Assembly (NCBI GenBank): GCA_001303415.1
Contig: LJTN01000004.1
Location: 6,067 to 70,066, forward strand
Reading direction: 5' to 3'
DNA from: Myxococcales bacterium SG8_38
GTDB lineage: Bacteria; Myxococcota_A; Polyangia; Polyangiales; Houyiibacteriaceae
DNA length: 64,000 nt
How positions within the stretch are numbered: position 1 is the stretch's first letter; each line of letters opens with the position of its first letter. Below are positions 45,798 to 55,331 of the stretch, piece after piece. The notes beneath the pieces are model-generated. The model did not search any database. It saw nothing but the letters and a program-made list of their open reading frames with translations, and was not told the origin of the DNA. Position numbers and translations under genes: made by a program.

Positions 45798-46412
45798 CTA
45801 GACGACTTTCGAAAACAAGCAGAGCATTTCGGTCGCTATCTGGAGGCATCGCGCATCGTAGACGGCTGCCTCCTCGGAGGTCCCATCGGCCGTCTTCGGA
45901 TCGTCGTACCGTAGCGGCACGCGAAACTCGGCTCCGAAGACCACGGGACACGCTTCATCCGCGTCCGAGCAAGTCATGATCGCGGCAAAGCCCTGGGCTG
46001 GGTTGACTGGATCGTCGTAGGTCTTCGAGAAGCACTCGACAACGGGCCCGCCCTGGTCGAACGTGGCACGATAGCGAGGATTGTCGCCCTCCGAGCCCTC
46101 GATCGCGAAGCCCGCCCTCTGCATGGCGGCGACTGCTCGCGGATCGAAGGCGGTCACGGCGGTCCCGCCCGAGTAGGTCCGCACCTGGTCGATGCCATGA
46201 TGAGCTGCTGCGGCAGCAGCCCAGAGCTGTGCCATTTGGCTCCGCCGCGAGTTGTGGGTGCAGATGAACGTGAGCGCAGCCACCGCCCCGGGCTCGCGGC
46301 GCTTGCTCGAGACGAACCGTGCGACCTCGTCGAGCAGGCTACGCCGCTCGTCGGCGATCTCACCAATGTGCAAAGCGGCTCGGTCGATGTAGTCTCCCAG
46401 GGAAGGATGCAT
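45798..46412 (-). CDS. arsC: LMW-PTPase-type arsenate reductase with about 45-aa N-terminal extension
   Basis: CX5R(S) loop FICTHNSRRSQMA and downstream Cys residues (TCSDADEACP). ATG 46412 chosen. Confidence 0.8.
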   Translation of the reverse strand: MHPSLGDYIDRAALHIGEIADERRSLLDEVARFVSSKRREPGAVAALTFICTHNSRRSQMAQLWAAAAAAHHGIDQVRTYSGGTAVTAFDPRAVAAMQRAGFAIEGSEGDNPRYRATFDQGGPVVECFSKTYDDPVNPAQGFAAIMTCSDADEACPVVFGAEFRVPLRYDDPKTADGTSEEAAVYDARCLQIATEMLCLFSKVV

Positions 46413-46683
46413 CGGTAACTCTTGTAGCGCTGCGCGAGCTAGGAAGCGAGGCCCATTGAAATGCAACGGGCTATACGAGGCCGGTGAGGATCAGCGAGGT
46501 TTCTTGACCATGAATCTCGTCGGGATGTTCGACCTACGCGTGTTGCCGTGAGCGGCTGAACGCGAATATCGTCCGGTTCTGCAACCCCCAGTAGGTCCGA
46601 CGGTCGCCTTCGCGCACATCATGCACGGAATTCACTGGTAGATCTGGCTCCTTGCGCCCATGTGGTATGATGGATTGGAGCGA

Positions 46684-47067
46684 ATGAGGCGGCACACGAT
46701 AGGTCTGTTGGCTCTGATGTTTCTCGTCACCTCTATGGTGACGGGGATGGTCTTCCACCTTTGTGCAACGGAAGGCCTGGTGCGGACGACCTGCTGCTGC
46801 CACGAGGCCAGCGACCGGCCCCCGGTCGAGCTGAAGCGAGTCGACGATTGTTGCAGCGGGGTGATCGCCAACGCCGGCCATCCGTTGGCGGCGGTGGGAA
46901 AAGACAAGCCCACCACGGACGCTCCGATGCCGATGCTCGCAGCGCTCGTGGTCTCGGAGTGCTTCACTGCCAGGCCCGCAGAGAAAGCTCGCATGCCCCT
47001 GGCGCGCGGCTCTCCGAATCGCCACGACCCTCCGCTCTTCGTCTGGAACTGCTCCTACCTGAATTGA
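46684..47067 (+). CDS. small Cys-rich membrane-anchored hypothetical protein upstream of RND efflux operon
   Basis: ATG 46684 follows GGAG. One N-terminal TM helix is followed by HLC, CCCHE and DCCSG clusters. No family recognised. Confidence 0.5.
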   Translation: MRRHTIGLLALMFLVTSMVTGMVFHLCATEGLVRTTCCCHEASDRPPVELKRVDDCCSGVIANAGHPLAAVGKDKPTTDAPMPMLAALVVSECFTARPAEKARMPLARGSPNRHDPPLFVWNCSYLN

Positions 47068-47165
47068 GCTCCTCGCGCGGGCTTCGTTGAACGGCGTGCT
47101 TCGCCGTTCGAGGGAGATCTGCGTCTTCGTGGATCTTGGTCGCGTAGCAACGGGAGTGAGGAGCA

Positions 47166-48545
47166 ATGAATCGATTGACGATGATGATGGCAGCGGTGCC
47201 GTGGATGATGCTCGGAGCACAGTGGAGCGGATGCGCACATGGGCAGCATGACCGCTACGAAGAGCTGCAAAGCGCCCTACGAGAGGAGGAGCAGAGCAGT
47301 ACAACGCAGACCGAGGAGCCGGTCGTCTTTTCAGGCAATGGCCCGCTAGAGCGAGAGTCGCTCGTGCGCGCAGTGCTTGCGCGAAATCCCAACTTGGAAG
47401 CGGCACGACAGGCCTGGCGTGCGGCACTGGCCCAACATCCCCAAGCGCGGTCTCTCGAAGACACGCGGGCCAGCTATACCCTCGCCCCGCTGAGCGTTCG
47501 CTCGGATGAGGTGAGATTTGGTCAGGTCGTTCGGCTCGAGCAGCGTTTTCCGACGCCGGGCAAGCTCCGTTTTGCCGGCCAGGTGGCGCTAGCGGAGGCC
47601 GAGGCGGAGCAAGCCAACTACGAGGCCGTCCGGCTGACGCTCGCGTTGATGGCGTCCTCTCTTTTCGATGAGTACTACCGAGTGACGCGGTTGCTCGCGC
47701 TCAACGAGGAGCACCGCCAGCTGATCGAGGACATCCGTGCGAGCGCGATGGTGCAGTACGAAGCGGGTCGGGTGTCTCAGCAGGATCCTCTGCAGGCAGA
47801 GGTGGAGCTGGCTCACATCATTCATCAGCGCGTCGTCCTTCAGTCGCAACGAGACGTGGTCGTCGCTCAGATCAACGGTCTACTGCATCAGCGGCCCGAC
47901 CTACCGCTACCAGCGCCGCCACCTCGGACGCAGCCTCCGCCTATGGACATCGAAGCAAGCGAGAGCTTGCAGCGAGAGGCCATCGAAAGCCGTCCGGAGC
48001 TTCGCGCCGCCCAGTCCGAGCAGCGCGCAGCGGACTCCACCGTCAGCCTCGCCAAGCGGAGCTACTCGCCCGAAATCGGTCTCATGGGTGAGTACAACTC
48101 GATGTGGGCCGAGACCGAGCATCAGTGGATGACCGGCGTTTCGCTCAACCTGCCCCTTCAGATCAGAGCCCGAAAGGGAGCCGTGAATGAGGCTGAGGCC
48201 CGTGCCCAGCAGGCCGCGGCCGAGCTCTCCGCAGTGAGAGACGACGTTCGGGTCGAAGTGGACCAGGCACGCCGGCGGATGCTGGAAGCGCGGCACGTTG
48301 TTCGGCTTTACCAAGAGCGGCTCATTCCGGCAGCGCGAGCGCAAATCGATGCGGCCGAGTTCGGCTACGAAACCGGACGAAACAGCTTTCAAGCGCTAAT
48401 CGATGCCGAGCGCTCGCTCCGAACGCTGGAGATTCAATACGAAGACGCATTGGCAGACCTCGGACAAAGAGCTGCCGAGCTCGACCGAGCGCGCGGGATT
48501 CTGACCGGAGTTTCCGCCGAAGGAGGATACGATGAACACCCCTGA
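47166..48545 (+). CDS. TolC/NodT-family outer membrane efflux lipoprotein (CusC/CzcC-like)
   Basis: Signal peptide plus lipobox (WSGC) and two OEP repeats. It overlaps the adaptor gene by 14 nt. Confidence 0.8.
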   Translation: MNRLTMMMAAVPWMMLGAQWSGCAHGQHDRYEELQSALREEEQSSTTQTEEPVVFSGNGPLERESLVRAVLARNPNLEAARQAWRAALAQHPQARSLEDTRASYTLAPLSVRSDEVRFGQVVRLEQRFPTPGKLRFAGQVALAEAEAEQANYEAVRLTLALMASSLFDEYYRVTRLLALNEEHRQLIEDIRASAMVQYEAGRVSQQDPLQAEVELAHIIHQRVVLQSQRDVVVAQINGLLHQRPDLPLPAPPPRTQPPPMDIEASESLQREAIESRPELRAAQSEQRAADSTVSLAKRSYSPEIGLMGEYNSMWAETEHQWMTGVSLNLPLQIRARKGAVNEAEARAQQAAAELSAVRDDVRVEVDQARRRMLEARHVVRLYQERLIPAARAQIDAAEFGYETGRNSFQALIDAERSLRTLEIQYEDALADLGQRAAELDRARGILTGVSAEGGYDEHP

Positions 48546-49800
48546 TGGGCGCAAGATGCGCCGCTATTGGCTTCCGATTGGTGCTCTTCTGCTCGCCGCC
48601 GCCGCCGTCGGAGCGTGGATGCTCCTTCAGTACGGTGAACGCAAGACGCCGACCGAAGAGCCTGCAGGCGAGCACGCGCACGAAGCAGGAGTGGCGTACT
48701 ACACCTGCCCGATGCATCCCTCGGTCCAGCAACCTTCACCTGGCAAGTGTCCGATCTGCGGCATGGAGCTCACGCCGGTAACGAACGAAGATCTGGATAC
48801 AGGAACGGTCGTCGTCGACGAGGTGCGCCGACAACAGATCGGAGTAACCACGGCCGAGGTGAGACGCCGCGAGCTGTCCCGGCACATTCGCGCCGTTGGG
48901 CAGGTGAAAGTCGATGAGACGCTTCTCACCGACGTGAATCTTCGGATGAGTGGCTGGGTTCAGGAGCTCTACGTCGACGAGACGGGTCAGCCCGTAAAGA
49001 AGGGCCAAACGTTGTTTACGTTGTACAGCCCGGAGCTCTACGCGGCCGAGCGTGAGTACCTCACTGCACTCAGGCGAACGCGTGAGGAGAGCGCCGACGC
49101 ACTGATCGAGCTGGCTCGCGCCTCCGAGCAGCGTCTGCGTCTTCTCGGAATGAGCCCATCGCAGATTCGGCAGTTGCAGCGGCGCGGTGAGGCCTGGGAG
49201 TACGTCCCCGTGCTCTCTCCCGCCACCGGCTACGTGATCGAAAAAGACATCGTCGAAGGGGGTCGCGTGGAAGCTGGTACCCGAGTCTATCGTATCGCGA
49301 ATCTGAAGCGGATCTGGATCGACGCCGATGTCTTCGAGTCGGACCTTCCGCAGATCGAGCGGAACCAACCGGTGCGCGTGGAGCTTCCCTACGTCCCGGG
49401 GCGAACCTTCGAAGGCCGAGTCGACTACATCTATCCGACGATTGCGGGGCAGACCCGCACGGGCCGCATCCGAGTCGCGTTGAAGAACCCCGATCTACTG
49501 CTCAAGCCTGACATGTACGCCAACGTCGAGATCGAGGTCGATCTCGGTGAGAGGCTCGCGGTCGAGGATTCGGCCGTGATCTACACGGGGCCCCGTCGTC
49601 TCGTGTTCGTCGATCTCGGAGATGGGCGGCTCAGGCCGCAGGAAGTCGAGATCGGGGTTCATGCGGATGGCTTCGTCGAGGTGAAAGAGGGTCTACAGCC
49701 GGGCGACATGGTCGTGACGTCCGGCAATTTCCTGATCGCCGCCGAAAGCCGGATTCGCTCTGCGACCAAGTATTGGGGAGGCTCTCATGACTCCCACTGA
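48532..49800 (+). CDS. RND efflux periplasmic adaptor (CusB-like) with N-terminal heavy-metal-binding domain
   Basis: YYTCPMHPSVQQPSPGKCPICGMEL metal-binding motif, followed by HlyD-like barrel-sandwich domains. Confidence 0.85.
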   Translation: MNTPDGRKMRRYWLPIGALLLAAAAVGAWMLLQYGERKTPTEEPAGEHAHEAGVAYYTCPMHPSVQQPSPGKCPICGMELTPVTNEDLDTGTVVVDEVRRQQIGVTTAEVRRRELSRHIRAVGQVKVDETLLTDVNLRMSGWVQELYVDETGQPVKKGQTLFTLYSPELYAAEREYLTALRRTREESADALIELARASEQRLRLLGMSPSQIRQLQRRGEAWEYVPVLSPATGYVIEKDIVEGGRVEAGTRVYRIANLKRIWIDADVFESDLPQIERNQPVRVELPYVPGRTFEGRVDYIYPTIAGQTRTGRIRVALKNPDLLLKPDMYANVEIEVDLGERLAVEDSAVIYTGPRRLVFVDLGDGRLRPQEVEIGVHADGFVEVKEGLQPGDMVVTSGNFLIAAESRIRSATKYWGGSHDSH

Positions 49801-52800
49801 GGGGGGCGGCTCCGAGACCACGTTCATTGCGCGGGTAATCGAGGGAAGCGCGCGCCGGCCCTTCATGACCCTCGTCTTTGCGCTCACCGCTGCAGTGTGG
49901 GGCTATTATTCGCTTCGAAACGCGCCACTCGACGCCATCCCAGATCTTTCGGACACCCAGGTCATCGTGTTCACCGAATGGCAGGGCAGAAGCCCTGACC
50001 TGGTCGAAGATCAGATCACCTACCCGATCTCCACGTTCCTCTTGGCGGCGCCTCGGGTCAAGTACGTTCGCGGTCAGTCGTTCTTCGGCCTGTCGTTCGT
50101 GTCGGTCATCTTCGAAGACGGCACCGACATGTACTGGGCGCGAAGCCGTGTGCTCGAGTATCTCAACTCGGCGCTGCCCGAGCTTCCGCCAGGGGCTCGC
50201 CCGACCCTGGGTCCGGATGCCACGGGGGTAGGATGGGTGTTTCAATATGCGCTTGTCGACGAGACCGGGAAGCACGATCTGCAGGAGCTTCGTTCCTTCC
50301 AGGATTGGAACCTTCGCTATGCGCTCGAGAGCGTGCCGGGGGTGGCCGAAGTGGCGTCGGTGGGCGGCTTCGTAAAGGAGTATCAGGTTCAGATCGACCC
50401 TGTCCGGCTACGCGGATACGGCATCGGCATCGGCGAGGTGGTCCGCGCCGTCCGTGAATCGAACGAGGACGCTGGGGGTCGCACCATCGAGATTGCGGGC
50501 CACGAGCAGATCATACGCGGCCGCGGCTACATCAAAAGCTTGGACGACCTTCGCAAGATTCCGCTCAAGCTCGGCGAAGGCGGAACGCCGGTGCTCGTGC
50601 AAGACGTCGCGGTCGTCAGCGCCGGCCCTGCCATGCGCCGGGGAATCGCCGAGCTCGACGGACGAGGAGAGGTGGTTGGCGGCATCGTCATCATGCGGTA
50701 CGGCGAGAACGCGCTGTCCGTGATCGATGCGGTCAAGCAAAAGATCGAAGACTTGAAGAGCAGCCTTCCCGACGGTGTCGAGCTGGTCATCACGTACGAC
50801 CGGTCCGATCTCATCAAACGGGCGATCGATACGCTTCGTCACACGCTGATCGAAGAGATGCTCGTGGTGAGCATCATCATCTTCTTGTTCCTGATGCACG
50901 CGAGGAGCGCGCTCGTTCCGATCATCACGCTTCCTCTGGCTGTCATCCTCTCGTTCATCCCGATGTTCTACCAGGATCTCACTGCGAACATCATGTCACT
51001 CGGAGGGATCGCCGTTGCGATCGGCGCCATGGTCGATGCCTCCGTCATCGTGATCGAGAACATCCACAAGAAGCTCGAACATTGGGATTCGGAGGGGCGC
51101 CCTGGGTCGCGGCTCGAAACCATCGTGGCGGCCATGCAGGAGGTGGGACCTTCGATCTTCTTTTCCCTGCTGGTCATCACGGTATCGTTCCTGCCCGTGT
51201 TCACCTTGGAGAGCGCCGAGGGCCGGCTTTTCAAGCCGCTTGCATTCACCAAGACATACTCGATGGGCTTCGCTGCCATCCTTTCGGTGACGTTGATACC
51301 GGCTTTGGCCGTGCTGATGATTCGCGGAAGGATCCGACGTGAAGAGGACAACCCCGTCAACCGCTGGCTGGTGGCAAGCTACGTGCCCGTCGTTCGGTTC
51401 GTGGTTGCACACCGATGGGCCGTCATCGCGGTCGCCATCGTAGCGATGGCGGCGACGATTCCGGTCTTCTTGCGGCTCGAGAGCGAGTTCATGCCGCCCT
51501 TGAACGAGGGCACCATCTTGTACATGCCGACCGCCCCGCCCGGCATGTCGGTGACCGAAGCGGCCAACGTCCTTCAGGCCATGGATCGGGAGCTGAAGGC
51601 GTTTCCCGAGGTGGTCTCCGTCTTCGGCAAGGCCGGAAGAGCACGGACGGCCACCGATCCCGCACCCATCGGCATGTTGGAGACGACGATCGTGCTCAAA
51701 CCCCGGTCCGAGTGGAGAGCCGGGTTGACCTGGCAGGACCTGATCGAGGAGATGGACAAGAAACTCCGCTACCCTGGCATGCCCAACATCTTCTGGATGC
51801 CGGTTCAGACGCGCACCGAGATGCTCGCGACCGGCATCCGAAGCCCTCTCGGCATTCAGGTTTTCGGGGACGATCTCGAAACGATCGAGCGCACGGCCCT
51901 CCAGATTGAAGCAGCCGTTTCGAAGATCCCGGGGACGCGCAGCGCCTTTGCGGAGCGCTCCACCGGCGGGTTCTACGTGGACTTCGACATCGACCGAGAC
52001 GAGGCAGCCCGCCACGGAGTGCGCGTTGCGGACGTCAACGAGGTGATCATGACCGCAGTGGGCGGCATGACCGTCTCCGAGACAGTAGAAGGGCGAGAGC
52101 GCTATCCAATCAGTGTCCGTTATGCACGCGAGTATCGGGACGATCCTTCACTGCTCGACGACATCCTGATCACCACGGACACCGGAGCCCAGGTCCCAAT
52201 CAGCCAGGTGGCTGACATCGAGTTCGTGACCGGCCCGCCCATGGTCCGGAGCGAGGACGGCAAGCTGGTGGGCTTCGTATTCGTCGACACGGACCGTGCC
52301 ATTGCGGAATACGTGCGAGACGCCAAACGCGTGGTCGCCACCGAAGTGGATCTTCCCGCTGGCGTGTGGCTCGCATGGGCCGGTCAGTTCAAATATCTGG
52401 AGCGAGCCAAAGAAAGGCTCAAGTTGGTCGTTCCCATCACTTTGCTCCTGGTGATGATGCTCTTGTACTGGAACACGAAATCGTGGATCGAAACGGCCAT
52501 CGTCATGCTGGCCGTGCCGTTTTCCCTCATCGGTGCGATCTGGCTTCTGTTCCTTCTCGACTACAACATGAGCGTTGCGGTCTGGGTGGGACTGATCGCA
52601 CTGGCGGGCCTGGACGCGGAGACCGGCGTCGTGATGTTGCTATACCTGACGCTTGCCCACCGAAAGTCAGAAGAGCAAGGCGACCTTCGGGGTCCCGAAG
52701 ACCTCACCGAAGCCATCGTGGATGGCGCCGCGCGACGGATTCGGCCCAAGCTCATGACGGTGATGACCACGACGATTGCGCTCTTGCCGATCCTGTGGAG

Positions 52801-52948
52801 CGCCGGCACGGGAGCTGACGTCATGAAACGCATTGCCGCCCCGATGGTGGGCGGCCTGGCGACGTCTTTCTTGCTGGAGCTCACCGTGTATCCGGCACTT
52901 TTCTTCGTGTGGAAGGGCCGATCCCTCCCCGCACGGCCATCGAGCTAG
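49787..52948 (+). CDS. CusA/CzcA-family heavy-metal efflux RND transporter
   Basis: 1053-aa, 12-TM RND protein. The N-terminal IEGSARRPFMTLVFALTAAVWGYYS is typical of the HME-RND family. Confidence 0.9.
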   Translation: MTPTEGGGSETTFIARVIEGSARRPFMTLVFALTAAVWGYYSLRNAPLDAIPDLSDTQVIVFTEWQGRSPDLVEDQITYPISTFLLAAPRVKYVRGQSFFGLSFVSVIFEDGTDMYWARSRVLEYLNSALPELPPGARPTLGPDATGVGWVFQYALVDETGKHDLQELRSFQDWNLRYALESVPGVAEVASVGGFVKEYQVQIDPVRLRGYGIGIGEVVRAVRESNEDAGGRTIEIAGHEQIIRGRGYIKSLDDLRKIPLKLGEGGTPVLVQDVAVVSAGPAMRRGIAELDGRGEVVGGIVIMRYGENALSVIDAVKQKIEDLKSSLPDGVELVITYDRSDLIKRAIDTLRHTLIEEMLVVSIIIFLFLMHARSALVPIITLPLAVILSFIPMFYQDLTANIMSLGGIAVAIGAMVDASVIVIENIHKKLEHWDSEGRPGSRLETIVAAMQEVGPSIFFSLLVITVSFLPVFTLESAEGRLFKPLAFTKTYSMGFAAILSVTLIPALAVLMIRGRIRREEDNPVNRWLVASYVPVVRFVVAHRWAVIAVAIVAMAATIPVFLRLESEFMPPLNEGTILYMPTAPPGMSVTEAANVLQAMDRELKAFPEVVSVFGKAGRARTATDPAPIGMLETTIVLKPRSEWRAGLTWQDLIEEMDKKLRYPGMPNIFWMPVQTRTEMLATGIRSPLGIQVFGDDLETIERTALQIEAAVSKIPGTRSAFAERSTGGFYVDFDIDRDEAARHGVRVADVNEVIMTAVGGMTVSETVEGRERYPISVRYAREYRDDPSLLDDILITTDTGAQVPISQVADIEFVTGPPMVRSEDGKLVGFVFVDTDRAIAEYVRDAKRVVATEVDLPAGVWLAWAGQFKYLERAKERLKLVVPITLLLVMMLLYWNTKSWIETAIVMLAVPFSLIGAIWLLFLLDYNMSVAVWVGLIALAGLDAETGVVMLLYLTLAHRKSEEQGDLRGPEDLTEAIVDGAARRIRPKLMTVMTTTIALLPILWSAGTGADVMKRIAAPMVGGLATSFLLELTVYPALFFVWKGRSLPARPSS

Positions 52949-52967
52949 AGTACAAGGGAGACGACAG

Positions 52968-53504
52968 ATGACGCATCGAAACCGAATCGTATGCCTCGCG
53001 TGGACGACCATCGTCTTGGCAAGCGCGCTGCTGAGCTGCTCGAAGAGCGAGCAGAAGGCTTCCAAAGGGCAGCCCCCGATTCCCTCCGCGACCCACGCAA
53101 GCATCGACGAAACCCTTTCCGCCTACGAGAAAATCAGCAAGGCGTTGACCGAGGACGATGCAAACGTGAGGGCGGATGCGCTCGATCTCGCTCGAGCGGC
53201 GAAGGCCGCCTCGGCGACCGCTCCCGCGTCGCTTCTCCGGCCGCTCGAGGAGCTTTCGGCTGCTGCACAGCGCATGGGAACGCTCGAAGCCGACGGTTTG
53301 GGCGAAGCCCGCGCGGCATTCGGCGATGTCAGTCGGGCCATGATCTCGCTGCTCTCTGCCGCCCCCAGCCTCCAAGAGGACCTGCACGTGTACGAGTGTC
53401 CGATGGCGAAAGGCTACAAGAAATGGGTGCAGCGCGAGGAAGGGATTTCGAACCCCTACATGGGGCGCGAGATGCCGAAGTGTGGCACCGAGGCCCATTT
53501 CTGA
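52968..53504 (+). CDS. DUF3347-like metal-binding lipoprotein
   Basis: ATG follows AAGGGAG. Lipobox LLSC. The C-terminal HVYECPMAKGYKKWVQ...NPYMGREMPKCG is as I recall for DUF3347. Confidence 0.7.
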   Translation: MTHRNRIVCLAWTTIVLASALLSCSKSEQKASKGQPPIPSATHASIDETLSAYEKISKALTEDDANVRADALDLARAAKAASATAPASLLRPLEELSAAAQRMGTLEADGLGEARAAFGDVSRAMISLLSAAPSLQEDLHVYECPMAKGYKKWVQREEGISNPYMGREMPKCGTEAHF

Positions 53505-53517
53505 GAAACGAGACGGC

Positions 53518-53865
53518 TCAGCTCAACAAGAGGACGTAGAGAATCGCGCCTCCGACGACGAGCAGAGCACCGACCGCAACCACGATCGGCCCGCGTCGGG
53601 CCACCGGAAATTTCCCCTGCTCGAGATTCTTGGCGACCCGCAAATAGCGACTCACCGCGTAGAGCAGGGACAGACCGCCGAAGCTGATGAAACCCACCCC
53701 GGCAACCACAGCAATCGTCTCATCTCCGCCTGCCCCGAGCCTCTCCAGAAGAACGCCGAGACCCGCCAGGCCGAGGGACGTCCGAACCCAAGCCAAGAAG
53801 GTTCGCTCGTTGGCTAGATGGTCACGCGCCGTGCTCTCGCGATTCTCTATGACGCCTCCAGCCAT
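53518..53865 (-). CDS. DUF202 (YidH-like) membrane protein
   Basis: DHLANERTFLAWVRTSL signature plus 3 TM helices. Internal ATG 53865. Confidence 0.6.
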   Translation of the reverse strand: MAGGVIENRESTARDHLANERTFLAWVRTSLGLAGLGVLLERLGAGGDETIAVVAGVGFISFGGLSLLYAVSRYLRVAKNLEQGKFPVARRGPIVVAVGALLVVGGAILYVLLLS

Positions 53866-53931
53866 CGATCGAGCTGATAGCACACCTCGCGCTTGGACGG
53901 GCACCCGAGTATCCTCGACGTGGAGGACCAC

Positions 53932-55278
53932 ATGACCTTGGAACGAATGAGCCCGGTTGACACGGCCTGGCTCCACATGGATCAGCCGGGCAACCCGGCG
54001 GACATCGTGACGCTTCTGACTCTCGACGAGCGGCTCCCCTACGCCGCGCTCAAGAGCACGATCGAACGAAGGCTCCTGAAGTACGAACGCTTCAGGCAGC
54101 GCGTCGCGGATTTCGACGGCCATCCGAGCTGGGAGGACGATGATGCGTTCCACATCGAACGTCACGTGACGCTTCAAGTCGTCGATTCTCCGCTGACCGC
54201 GGAGTCGTTGAGGACGCTCGTGGCGGACCTTGGCAATCAACCGTTGCCCATGGATCGTCCTCTTTGGGCCATCCACCTCATCCACGGCCCAGATGCCGGC
54301 TCGGCGATCATCTCCCGGCTGCACCACTGCATCGCGGACGGTTTCGCCCTAGCCCACGCCATGATCAACCTCGCCGACCGGGCGGATGGCACACCTATGT
54401 CCGAAACCATGACCCCTGCAGACCCGGACGAGCATGAGCCTTTGCTGAACGTCCTGGTGCATGAGGCCAACCAGATCGTTCGTCATCCCGGTCATGCCAT
54501 CGACCTCGCAAAGCAAGGAGCGGCTTTGGCGCTCAGCCTGGGCCACCTGCTATTCGTGCCTTTCGACCCGCATACTTTCTTGAAGAACAAGCTCTCCGGC
54601 CGTCGCCGCATGGCATGGTCCTCAAGCCTCGACCTCGATGCGATCAAGGCGATCGGGCGCTCGCGCGGCGCGACGGTCAACGACGTGCTGCTCAGCGCGA
54701 TGACCAGTGCGCTTCGACGCTTTTTGGCAGAAGCGCGCGAGCCGGTCGACGAGCTCACGATCCGCGCGATCATACCCGTGAATCTCCGGCCCATTCGCTG
54801 GATCGAAGAGATGGACGACTCGATGGGCAACCGCTTCGGGCTGGTGTTTCTCGACCTCCCCGTCAACGAGAGCACCACCGAGTCGAGATTCCGGGCGCTC
54901 AAGAAGCGCATGGACGCGCTGAAGGGAACCCCAGAAGCCTTCGTCTCCTTTGGCATCCTCAACGCGCTTGGGCACACATCAGCGACCATCGAGCACATCG
55001 TCAACGAAGTATTCGGACGCAAGGCCAGCCTTGTCGTCACCAACGTGCCAGGACCCCGCGAGCCTCTCTATATCGATGGGAAGCGTTTGCGGGACGTGAT
55101 GTTCTGGGTGCCTCATCCCGCGCGCCTCGGCCTGGGTCTGAGTATCTTGAGCTACGCCGGAAAGGTGATTGTCGGGGTCCGACTGGACGAGGCGGTGAGT
55201 AAGAACCCCGGTCGCCTCGTCGAGCTATTCGAGCAGGAAGCAGCGGAAATGCTCGAAAAGGCCGATCCTTCATATTGA
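53932..55278 (+). CDS. wax ester synthase / diacylglycerol acyltransferase (WS/DGAT)
   Basis: ATG follows GGAGGA. Catalytic HHxxxDG motif (LHHCIADG) and N-terminal MSPVDTAWLHMD. Confidence 0.8.
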   Translation: MTLERMSPVDTAWLHMDQPGNPADIVTLLTLDERLPYAALKSTIERRLLKYERFRQRVADFDGHPSWEDDDAFHIERHVTLQVVDSPLTAESLRTLVADLGNQPLPMDRPLWAIHLIHGPDAGSAIISRLHHCIADGFALAHAMINLADRADGTPMSETMTPADPDEHEPLLNVLVHEANQIVRHPGHAIDLAKQGAALALSLGHLLFVPFDPHTFLKNKLSGRRRMAWSSSLDLDAIKAIGRSRGATVNDVLLSAMTSALRRFLAEAREPVDELTIRAIIPVNLRPIRWIEEMDDSMGNRFGLVFLDLPVNESTTESRFRALKKRMDALKGTPEAFVSFGILNALGHTSATIEHIVNEVFGRKASLVVTNVPGPREPLYIDGKRLRDVMFWVPHPARLGLGLSILSYAGKVIVGVRLDEAVSKNPGRLVELFEQEAAEMLEKADPSY

Positions 55279-55331
55279 CGGGGACGTGGTTCCCTGTGAA
55301 TCTCGGCTGCCACGACGGAAAGGTGTTGAGA

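Noticed and set aside
46534-47427. 297-aa minus-strand ORF spanning the Cys-rich ORF and the start of the outer-membrane efflux gene
   Set aside because: It has no motifs and an Arg/Ser/Pro-rich composition. It overlaps the lipoprotein signal peptide region of a clear gene. It is a shadow ORF.
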